This document shows, one piece after another, positions 20,540 to 28,171 of a DNA stretch of 64,000 nucleotides. The notes beneath the pieces were generated by a model. It was not told where the DNA came from and did not search any database. It was given only the letters and a program-made list of their open reading frames with translations. The stretch is taken from IMG/VR virus record IMGVR_UViG_3300022752_000021. One strand, written 5' to 3'. The number at the start of each line of letters is the position of its first letter. Positions within the stretch are counted from its first letter, which is position 1. A program made the position numbers and the translations under genes. Source of the DNA: a virus.

Positions 20540-21389
20540 GAGTTGATGGGATTTCTTCTTTGATTCTATTCTCTGCCACCTGAATGTATTCGGGATTCAG
20601 TTCAGTTCCCACAAAGTTTCTATTGTTCTCAAGAGCAACAACTGCTGTGGTTCCCGATCCCGTGAATGGATCAAGCACTGTGCCACCTTCAGGACATCCT
20701 GCAAGAATGCAGGGAAGAATAAGATTCTTTGGATAAACCGCGAAGTGCGCTCCCTTATATCCCTTGGTATTCACAGTCCACACAGAACGCTTGTTCTTCA
20801 TGGGATTTTCTTCATCGACAGCACCACCCAACCCATGATGCTTCAACTTTGGATCGGTTGTGCCACCTCGCATGTTGGAACGGTCGCGAGGTCCCCAGTT
20901 CTGTGCTGGCTCCTTGATTGCCTCATGGTCATAGTAGTAATGAGCCTTCTTGGAGAGAAGGAAGATGTACTCATGACTCTTTGTACAACGATCCGTGACA
21001 GATTCAGGCATAGGGTTTGGCTTTGACCAAATGATGTCCTGACGCAGCCACCAACCATCTGCTTGGAGAGCGAAGGCTACACGCCAGGGGATGCCGATGA
21101 GATCCTTGTGCTTCAGACCCTTCTGTTCCCTGCGATTACCAGGAATGACTGTGGGCATGTCTCGCTGTCCTCCGATTGTTTGTGGTGGAGGAGCAACATT
21201 CTTCTGTGCCATGTATGAATCACCAAGATTCAACCATAGAGTGCCATCAGGACGCAGACAGCGGCGAACTTCACGAAAGACATCAACGAGTGCTTGGACA
21301 TATTCGTTGACTTCCTGTTCGGATCCGATCTCAGCAGGTTCAAAATATTGTTGTAGTTCATTTGGGATGTCTTCTTTGTTGTATATCAT
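20520..21389 (-). CDS. N4C/N6A DNA methyltransferase (beta class), C-terminal fragment
   Basis: VFREVRRCLRPDGTLWLNLGDSY, IIWSKPNPMPES, HEYIFL, HFAVYP, SAM-binding VLDPFTGSGTT. Lacks SPPY. ATG at 21389 overlaps the HNH stop (ATGA). Confidence 0.9.
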   Translation of the reverse strand: MIYNKEDIPNELQQYFEPAEIGSEQEVNEYVQALVDVFREVRRCLRPDGTLWLNLGDSYMAQKNVAPPPQTIGGQRDMPTVIPGNRREQKGLKHKDLIGIPWRVAFALQADGWWLRQDIIWSKPNPMPESVTDRCTKSHEYIFLLSKKAHYYYDHEAIKEPAQNWGPRDRSNMRGGTTDPKLKHHGLGGAVDEENPMKNKRSVWTVNTKGYKGAHFAVYPKNLILPCILAGCPEGGTVLDPFTGSGTTAVVALENNRNFVGTELNPEYIQVAENRIKEEIPSTLASVMQ

Positions 21390-21946
21390 TTTAGGTATTC
21401 TTGATCCACATTTTTCTTGGAGTGTATCCAATGATGGCAGATTGAACACACCAATAACAGATTATCAATATCAGCACGCAACTCAACAGACTCACTAAAC
21501 GATTTTATATGATGTATGTGAAATGGAACAGATTTATCTTCGACATGGTTCAAACCACACCTCCTACAGATAGCAGCATCTCGTTTCCAAACAGCCTTCA
21601 CTGCGTCTTTCCATTCCCGAGACTCATAAAAACTCTGTCGTTCTGGCGTTGACCCATCTTTCCAGTTTGGAGAAAGTTCTCCGCGCTTGTTCCACATAGG
21701 ATTGTCTTCCCCATATGCCCCCCAGTGTTTCACCTTCCTTGCTTCAGAAACATTTCTACTTTGAATCCCATGTTTGCGTATCCAATGTCTTACGGCTGGC
21801 TCACTAACAGAAAAGTCTGCGGCTATATCCGCCATACTTCTTTTTTTCACCAAGTATTCAGTCTCTAACCAACCCTTGTCCCACAATAGAGAAGGTTCTC
21901 TCCAATGTGTACCTTTTTCAAATCTTCCCAATTGATCTCGTTCCAT
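21386..21946 (-). mobile_element. Free-standing HNH homing endonuclease inserted in the methyltransferase gene
   Basis: HTH-like N-terminal segment and CRRC...HIHHIK.F......DIDNLLLVCSICHHWIH HNH core; SD GGAGG before ATG 21946. Confidence 0.88.
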
Positions 21947-21952
21947 AGAATA

Positions 21953-21973
21953 CCTCCATACTATGTATATGGA
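21953..21973 (-). promoter_or_regulatory. Late-type promoter within an RBS-sequestering hairpin for the HNH gene
   Basis: TCCATAT-ACATA-GTATGGA stem overlaps GGAGG; TATACATA lies inside it. Confidence 0.65.
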
Positions 21974-21996
21974 AAAATATTCCAAAGTACGGACAA

Positions 21997-22206
21997 TCAG
22001 CAGATAGGTTTTATCCCAAGGCGGTTGAGTTCAGATAATATCATCGTTACCTGTTCTTCGGTTAGATTTGGTTTCATTCGAACCCCCGTTTCAAAATATG
22101 ATCTTAAGCCGAAGTAAGGCGGCGATGTGACGCAAGTATGAACAGAATCTGCATCAATTTGCTTGAGTGCTTCACGACAATCGCCTTGTATGATCTTGTA
22201 GTTCAT
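21997..22206 (-). CDS. N4C/N6A DNA methyltransferase, N-terminal fragment
   Basis: IIQGDCREALKQ..DSVHTCVTSPPYFGLR (catalytic SPPY), followed by a 30-aa non-MTase tail. Confidence 0.88.
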   Translation of the reverse strand: MNYKIIQGDCREALKQIDADSVHTCVTSPPYFGLRSYFETGVRMKPNLTEEQVTMILSELNRLGIKPIC

Positions 22207-22208
22207 AT

Positions 22209-22586
22209 TCAGTAGCCTTTGCCACGAACGAAATAGTTTTCCTCAAAAGAAGCGAAACCGAAACATTCCCGCGCATAGTCGAGAATGATATTTTTGTCGA
22301 ACTTGTTACAGGAATAAACATCTAGCGTGATGAAGTGGGTGGGTTCGATTGAGTGGATTTGAATGCCACTTTCAATCAGAGGAACCCACCCACTTACACC
22401 AGCCTTTGCTGGATAGAGTTCCCTGCCAAGGTGAGTTGGTCCATGAATGACGATTGGTTGGCTCATTCGGGTCATCCCGATCTTGTCAACCACTCGCTCC
22501 AAAAATCTGTATGTAAGTTCCATGTCATCTGCTGCACCAGTCTTGCAGTTGTACATGTCTAGGTAATATGAATATCCAAACGGCAT
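22209..22586 (-). CDS. speD: Pyruvoyl-dependent S-adenosylmethionine decarboxylase-family proenzyme
   Basis: LDMYNC, GVSG..LIESGIQIHS (E-S autocleavage site), LDVYSC..FD, terminal VRG. Confidence 0.8.
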   Translation of the reverse strand: MPFGYSYYLDMYNCKTGAADDMELTYRFLERVVDKIGMTRMSQPIVIHGPTHLGRELYPAKAGVSGWVPLIESGIQIHSIEPTHFITLDVYSCNKFDKNIILDYARECFGFASFEENYFVRGKGY

Positions 22587-22853
22587 TTACTCGCGCTCCA
22601 CCATGTAGATGTGGTCTTGATGAATAAGATCAAACTCTTTGAAATGATTTCCTTTGATCTTGGTGATATCCCAAAGAGCCTTGTCGCCAACCTTGATGTC
22701 TTCGGTGACACCATCACCAACAGCAACAACTCTTGACCAAACCAACCGCGAGTTCACCTTCTCTGTGTAGATGATACCAGCATCAGTAGTCTTCTGACCA
22801 CCAAACTCTGCCTTCAGAGCAACAAACTTTCCAACGGGACGAAACCCACTCAT
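22587..22853 (-). CDS. groES: GroES/Cpn10-like co-chaperonin
   Basis: FRPVG..V, TTDAGII, VVAVGDG...IKVGDK. Confidence 0.75.
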   Translation of the reverse strand: MSGFRPVGKFVALKAEFGGQKTTDAGIIYTEKVNSRLVWSRVVAVGDGVTEDIKVGDKALWDITKIKGNHFKEFDLIHQDHIYMVERE

Positions 22854-23218
22854 GAGAGTTCCCTTGTGGTGCAGTTAAACAAAGAGTCGCCATACTGAGC
22901 CTTGAGTCTCTTCTCTTGACGATATGCGGAGAGGAGAACAATATAGTTGATGACATCAACCATTGTGTCCTCAAACGATTCATCCTTTACATGTTGCTTA
23001 CCCGATGCGAGAATGGAAGACAAGCGACTCATCTTGTCTGTGAGACGAACCATGAAACCCTGTTCCGTAGAACAGATGCCCATTGCCTCAACTCGGGTGA
23101 AGTTTGCGAATGGCTCCTTGCCATCATTGCCAGCATAGTCTCGGTTCTTCTTGTCCATGAGTTCCCGTGCTTGCTTGCAGAGAACTTCGTGGTGCTTCAA
23201 CAGTTCTTCGCGTGTCAT
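22850..23218 (-). CDS. DUF1599-like (nucleotide-modification-associated) helical protein
   Basis: KKNRDYA..PFANF...G..VRLTDKMSRL.....DESFEDT..D..NY; SD GGAGGTG before MTREE. Confidence 0.7.
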   Translation of the reverse strand: MTREELLKHHEVLCKQARELMDKKNRDYAGNDGKEPFANFTRVEAMGICSTEQGFMVRLTDKMSRLSSILASGKQHVKDESFEDTMVDVINYIVLLSAYRQEKRLKAQYGDSLFNCTTRELS

Positions 23219-23232
23219 GTCACCTCCGTACA

Positions 23233-23730
23233 TTATTTGACTCCTGTGCTTCCAAATCCACCATCTCTTGAGGTCTTCTTGCTAGGTCTTTCACCACATT
23301 CAACGAGAATGTAGTCAAGGTTACAAACCATTTCTGCCTGAGCAATACGCATTCCATGCTCAATCGTGATTCTTGAAAGAGAATCGTTCTTGAGCATGAC
23401 GAAGCATTCCTCCACATAGTCTGCATCGATTATACCTTCTGCATTCTGTGTGACAAGCCCATTCTTAAAAGAAAGACCAGATCGTGGGTGAACACGAACA
23501 GAATGATTTTCAGGAATATCGAATATTAATCCTGTGGGGATAAGAACACGAAACTCTGCTGGAATTTCAACTTTATCTGTGCAATAAAGTTCCATAGGCT
23601 CATTCATACGAGTATAAGCCTTTACCTTTTCTACCCCCATGAGACAGGCAGTTAGATCAAAACATGCAGATTGCTCAGTCGCAAAAGATGGAACGATAGC
23701 GTTCGGGTTCACTTTGAACACTTTCAGCAT
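23233..23730 (-). CDS. dut: Trimeric dUTPase
   Basis: SACFDL, LIPTGL, PRSGLS, GIIDADY, RIAQ, RDGGFGSTG. Confidence 0.95.
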   Translation of the reverse strand: MLKVFKVNPNAIVPSFATEQSACFDLTACLMGVEKVKAYTRMNEPMELYCTDKVEIPAEFRVLIPTGLIFDIPENHSVRVHPRSGLSFKNGLVTQNAEGIIDADYVEECFVMLKNDSLSRITIEHGMRIAQAEMVCNLDYILVECGERPSKKTSRDGGFGSTGVK

Positions 23731-23748
23731 AATATAAATCTCCCTTGT

Positions 23749-25029
23749 TTATCGTCGGGTTTTGAACTTTTTCTTGTTCTTATTGCGATCAAGAAGCATT
23801 TCAAGCCGCTTACGCTTTGCAATTTCCTCGTCCTGTTGCTTTAGCATAGTTTCTGTGGGGCTTGGTACTGCGACCGGCTTTTGTCCTTCCATATCTCGCA
23901 TGGCTTGAAGAACACCGCCCATTTCTTGCATCTTTGTCTTGTAGTTTGCAAGATTTGCTTCCATACGAGGACGCTCTGTATCGGGGAAGGTTGGATTCTT
24001 CAACAAGGATTCACATGCAGCAATACCCTCATCATACTTGTGGAGATAGAAAGAAGTTGCTGCAATCTCATCATCACATTGCCAACGATAGACATCCTCA
24101 TCAATGAATAGAATATCAAACTTCGGATAAGGCATTGTTTTTGCCATGGACGCATACAGATATGCAAGCCTTGGTTGATTTACCAACCGATACATCTTTG
24201 CAATTTGGTAGAGGGGTTCTGCGCGAATGGGGCGATAGTTCCATGCCATGAGGAACTTCTCCTTGATCTCACCAAATGTCTTGTTAGTAATTGCCGCAAT
24301 CATTGCAATTCGGTAAAGAGAATAGAAGACTTCTTCTTCCCAACCACCCATCTCTACACGCCTACGATATGCTTCATCGGACTTTTCCCACTGCTGTGAA
24401 TCGAAATATGATTGTGCAAGGTAGAACTGATGTCGAGTATTCGTTGGATCCTCAAGCATTGCCTTCTCAAGGACTTCGGCATCTCTACTATACTTCTCAA
24501 TAGGAGAGATACCAACATTTCTTGCTCCACCCATGGTACGGGCGCAGATGTTGTAGTTACCTTCCAACTTGATGATCTTCGCATTCTGCTTTTCACAAGC
24601 CGCATATTCGTGCAGAACACCCTTGTATTCCCACTTGGAATCCAACTTGAATACTTGATTGCGCCACCAGAAGAACGATCCACGCTTGATGCGAAGAGCA
24701 TAACTATCGATCTCTGTTGTGGGCGGAAGAATTAGTTCACCCTCAAGGTAATCGTCTGCATCGATCACCCATGCGTAGTCTGCCTTGCCCTCAGCAGCCT
24801 TGAACGCAAGGGTTCTGTTGTGACCGAAGTCCTTCCATTCGTGGTCATGAATCTCACCAGGAATACCCTTCTCCTTGAAGAAGTTGATGATGATCTCCTT
24901 GGTATTGTCGGTGGAACCTGTGTCGCAGATGACCCAATAGTCAATGTACTTGTATACTGAGTTGAGGCACTCAAGTATGATATGCGACTCGTTTTTCACA
25001 ATCATGCACAGCGTAAGCATGGGCTTCAT
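23749..25029 (-). CDS. GT2 glycosyltransferase with TPR repeats
   Basis: LCMIVKNE..I..CL.SV, DTGSTDNT, DFGHNR, WVIDADD, YKGVLHE, then helical repeats (RHQFYLAQSYFD, PIRAEPLY). Confidence 0.88.
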   Translation of the reverse strand: MKPMLTLCMIVKNESHIILECLNSVYKYIDYWVICDTGSTDNTKEIIINFFKEKGIPGEIHDHEWKDFGHNRTLAFKAAEGKADYAWVIDADDYLEGELILPPTTEIDSYALRIKRGSFFWWRNQVFKLDSKWEYKGVLHEYAACEKQNAKIIKLEGNYNICARTMGGARNVGISPIEKYSRDAEVLEKAMLEDPTNTRHQFYLAQSYFDSQQWEKSDEAYRRRVEMGGWEEEVFYSLYRIAMIAAITNKTFGEIKEKFLMAWNYRPIRAEPLYQIAKMYRLVNQPRLAYLYASMAKTMPYPKFDILFIDEDVYRWQCDDEIAATSFYLHKYDEGIAACESLLKNPTFPDTERPRMEANLANYKTKMQEMGGVLQAMRDMEGQKPVAVPSPTETMLKQQDEEIAKRKRLEMLLDRNKNKKKFKTRR

Positions 25030-25048
25030 AATAAAGACTCCTTGATGT

Positions 25049-25465
25049 TCAGTTCTTCTTCTTACCTATATGGTATTTAGGTACTAGTTCCCAGTTCTGT
25101 TTATCTTTATGGGGGATTATTTTCATCTGAGCAAGAGAAACAATTGGATCTCCTGCCTTCTTCTTGTCAACTATGTCAACAAGACCCCATTCCTCAAGGA
25201 GGTTTGCGATTGTGTTCCTGCGACCGATGTCCGTATCATCAATGTCCGTAGGTAGACCATCAAGGGCAAATAGTTCCTTAAAATGTACTATGTAGAACTT
25301 GCCACGTTTGTGTAGTATATGGCAACTCTGATACAACTTGTTTTCTTTCTTAGAGGAAACTCCTATTCTCGTAAGAGTTTCCCGCACCTTAAGAAAGTCG
25401 TCGTCTGCTTTCAATGTTACCTCAAGTAAATCTTCTGCCTTGAGGCTTAATGTCCTTTTTTCCAT
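25049..25465 (-). CDS. regA: Translational repressor RegA
   Basis: DDFLKVRETLTRIGV...KLYQSCHILHKRGKFYIVHFKELFALDG...RRNTIA.LL.EWGL...LVPKY.IG. Confidence 0.96.
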   Translation of the reverse strand: MEKRTLSLKAEDLLEVTLKADDDFLKVRETLTRIGVSSKKENKLYQSCHILHKRGKFYIVHFKELFALDGLPTDIDDTDIGRRNTIANLLEEWGLVDIVDKKKAGDPIVSLAQMKIIPHKDKQNWELVPKYHIGKKKN

Positions 25466-25518
25466 ATCGACCTCGCCAATCAATCAAACATTTGCGAATA
25501 TCGATAATATTTAGCATT

Positions 25519-25908
25519 TCAAACTCCTCCACGCATCTCAGATTCACGCTTGACGATCTTGGCAATGGTCTTCTTGTCCAAGGTTGCCTTGATCTCCTCT
25601 GCCTTACGCACAGAACACCCGAAGATGTCCACGATCTTCTGTGTGACCTCGGCATCTTCCTTCTTTGCCCACTTCCCAACCCGCTTGCGCGGTCTAATGC
25701 TATGGAGCAAGAACTCATACTGCATCTGCTTGTCGAGATGACCACGCATATTCATCTCATTTGAGTGCATTATGCTGTCTGGAAATTGTGAAAGACCTCT
25801 ATTCATGAGATAGGGGGCATACTCAGATGCCCCTCTACCTTCCTCACGAATAAGATTCTTCTTGGTGAGATTGATACTGTTTAGAAAGTCAAATGGTGAA
25901 TCATTCAT
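25519..25908 (-). CDS. gp62: Clamp loader small subunit
   Basis: PFDFLNSIN..K, Y.PY..NR.LS.F.D, NEMN, QY.FL..SIR.RKR..KW; syntenic position. Confidence 0.9.
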   Translation of the reverse strand: MNDSPFDFLNSINLTKKNLIREEGRGASEYAPYLMNRGLSQFPDSIMHSNEMNMRGHLDKQMQYEFLLHSIRPRKRVGKWAKKEDAEVTQKIVDIFGCSVRKAEEIKATLDKKTIAKIVKRESEMRGGV

Positions 25909-26852
25909 TTCTTGAACTCACAAGAAACCATCAGTTCGCTGAGGCAAGCCATCGTATTGATTTCTTGATCTGCGACAAAGGCAGACTTGTATTGGTAATC
26001 TGCAAGAGTGAGGATAGCCTGAGGAATAGACTGAGGCTCAAGGATTTCATAGATCGAATCATAGATGCTGCGGAACAATCCGACATGGTCGTTGTCAATA
26101 TTACTGGCAACCCACTTTCGAATGGATCCAAACTCCTTCTTCTTCATATATCCGACTAGGTCATTTACCTTATCCGTGGCAGTAGTGCCAAGAATACCAA
26201 CGTCAATCTTCCCACCAAGGGCGTACTTCTGAAGATCATTGATGAGTCTTCGGAAGTCAGGAAAACGCCTCATGACCAATTCAGCAATGACTTTCTGATC
26301 ATACTGAATCTCCTCCGAATCAAGAATAGCACACACCCTCTTCATCATCTGCTTTGCCATCTTCGGCTTTTCGGTCGAAGGAATGCGGAAGTCGATGATT
26401 GTGCATCGGGAATGAAGAGGCTGAATGATTCTATTCTTGTAGTTGCAAGTCAGAATAAACCGACAGTTCTTTGAGAACTCCTCCATGAAGCCACGAAGTG
26501 CTGGCTGCATGGATTGTGGATTGGAATAATCGAACTCGTCTAGGATGACTACCTTGGCACCACCACTAAAAGAAACAGAACTTGCAAAGTCCCGAATCCT
26601 AGTCCTCAGGGTGTCAATGTTTCCATCTTCGGAGCAGTTGATCAAAATCCAATCGCACCCAAGTTCATCACACAGAGCCTTTGCAACCGTGGTCTTTCCA
26701 ACACCAGGACCACCAGCAAGGAGCATATTTTGAATCTGACCACGATCTATCGTTTCTTCAAATGTCTTGAGAATGTCTTGCGGAAGGACGCAATCTGCAA
26801 TACGGGTGGGACGGTATTTTTCCGACCACAGATATTCGTCTGTAGCGAGCAT
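25905..26852 (-). CDS. gp44: Clamp loader large subunit (AAA+)
   Basis: LWSEKYRP, GPGVGKTT, DEFD, QPALRGFME, PLHSRC, FPDFRR. Confidence 0.96.
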   Translation of the reverse strand: MLATDEYLWSEKYRPTRIADCVLPQDILKTFEETIDRGQIQNMLLAGGPGVGKTTVAKALCDELGCDWILINCSEDGNIDTLRTRIRDFASSVSFSGGAKVVILDEFDYSNPQSMQPALRGFMEEFSKNCRFILTCNYKNRIIQPLHSRCTIIDFRIPSTEKPKMAKQMMKRVCAILDSEEIQYDQKVIAELVMRRFPDFRRLINDLQKYALGGKIDVGILGTTATDKVNDLVGYMKKKEFGSIRKWVASNIDNDHVGLFRSIYDSIYEILEPQSIPQAILTLADYQYKSAFVADQEINTMACLSELMVSCEFKK

Positions 26853-26864
26853 TATTCACTCCAT

Positions 26865-27539
26865 TCACTTAGTTTCGGGACGAAGAGCAATCCAATAGGT
26901 AACGCCATTCTTTGTGCCAGTGAACTTAGCCACAGCACTACCACCGATCTCCACAACATAATCATCGGTGAGCATCTTGAGCAGTTCAATATCGATGTAT
27001 ACAGAACCACTTGTATTCACAGACTTGGCTTTGATAGGAACCTTGTATGTGTTCGACGCACTGTTGAGTCCAATCTTCCTGTCAAATGCAACAATCTCAA
27101 TACCACTAGCAGCATTTGGCTTGATGCAAAGTGTATCAAGTTGCAGTACAGAAGCAGCCTTCTGAACCTCTGCAATTTGATTAGACGATAGTTCAAACTC
27201 AGCACTGAGTTCTGGCATCTTGATAGTACGGGTTGCCTTCTCAATCAACTTCTCATCTGCATAGAAGTATTGGATCTCTCCACCCTTCTGTGAGTTGACA
27301 ACCACACACTTGTCATCGAAGTTGTAGTCTGCTTCCGAAAACAGACTTGTGGTGGCAATGAACTTTCCAAGATCGAAAATCGCGAATGGCTTGGGGAAGT
27401 TCTCATCCACCTTGGCTTCTGCCATGATGTTCTTTGCTGTTGACACGGTGCGAATCACACTACCCTTGTCAACATAGATTGATGAACGAATGCCAGAAAA
27501 GTTTTTAAGGATGTCAAATGTCTTCTTACTGATCTTCAT
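26865..27539 (-). CDS. gp45: Sliding clamp
   Basis: MKISKKT..ILKNFS.I, FAIFDL..F, YWIAL; syntenic position. Confidence 0.92.
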   Translation of the reverse strand: MKISKKTFDILKNFSGIRSSIYVDKGSVIRTVSTAKNIMAEAKVDENFPKPFAIFDLGKFIATTSLFSEADYNFDDKCVVVNSQKGGEIQYFYADEKLIEKATRTIKMPELSAEFELSSNQIAEVQKAASVLQLDTLCIKPNAASGIEIVAFDRKIGLNSASNTYKVPIKAKSVNTSGSVYIDIELLKMLTDDYVVEIGGSAVAKFTGTKNGVTYWIALRPETK

Positions 27540-27542
27540 AAT

Positions 27543-27737
27543 TTAGTCCTCCTCCTCAAGGTTATCCATGAGGTCTTCGTCAATTTCTTCGCCGCCATTT
27601 ACCATGTCCTTGAGATCTCTCAAGTGGTGTTTGCTTTCGTGTCGATGTCCTCTACGTTCATGCTTCCGTCCGCGAGAAGATGAATGTCCCTTATCGAAGG
27701 GATCTGATCCACCAACATCTTTCCAGTTCTTGCTCAC
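27543..27737 (-). CDS. Small hypothetical protein (basic/His-rich core, acidic tail)
   Basis: 64-aa ORF coupled by GTGA to the upstream gene, with GGAG upstream. Confidence 0.6.
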   Translation of the reverse strand: MSKNWKDVGGSDPFDKGHSSSRGRKHERRGHRHESKHHLRDLKDMVNGGEEIDEDLMDNLEEED

Positions 27738-28171
27738 TTCTCTGTCTCCTTCTTCTCTACTAAGAGTTGAGATAGGTAATCTATACCAAATGTGTCCTCA
27801 ATCAACTTCTTTCTCATATTATTCTCTGATATTGTCAAAGGAATGTAATTGCTGAACCCTGGCATATTCTTGGGACAATGAACGCGAGGATAATCCAACT
27901 TAGAATAATGATTCTCATCAAGATTTGTGAGTTGGGTGTGTGAAAAGTCCCCGCAGTTGCAAGCCTCGCAAATGAATGAATTTGGATGCTTCTTGCTTTC
28001 CAATCTGCTCTCACATGGAGCAAGACCTAAAGTTTCTGAACCGTGACACGATATGTCTCGCATATCACGAATTTCTTCAGAGACTTTAGCACCAACCAAA
28101 CCGCGAGATGCAAGAGAGTCTGCCACTTGCCATGCTTTTGCAAATCTGCTTCTGAGAAAATAGTTTTTCAT
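27734..28171 (-). CDS. Cys-rich hypothetical protein
   Basis: C.G......PC......F.CEACNCG...KLDYP...CP; ATGA coupling to gp46. Confidence 0.65.
   Translation of the reverse strand: MKNYFLRSRFAKAWQVADSLASRGLVGAKVSEEIRDMRDISCHGSETLGLAPCESRLESKKHPNSFICEACNCGDFSHTQLTNLDENHYSKLDYPRVHCPKNMPGFSNYIPLTISENNMRKKLIEDTFGIDYLSQLLVEKKETEK

Noticed and set aside
21340-22090. Group I intron or split intein in the methyltransferase
   Set aside because: Only about 50 nt is non-coding, no intron core elements are evident, and there is no intein N-terminal block or terminal His-Asn.
22587-22853. Solo GroES as a novelty
   Set aside because: Phage co-chaperonins (T4 gp31 analogs) are well known.
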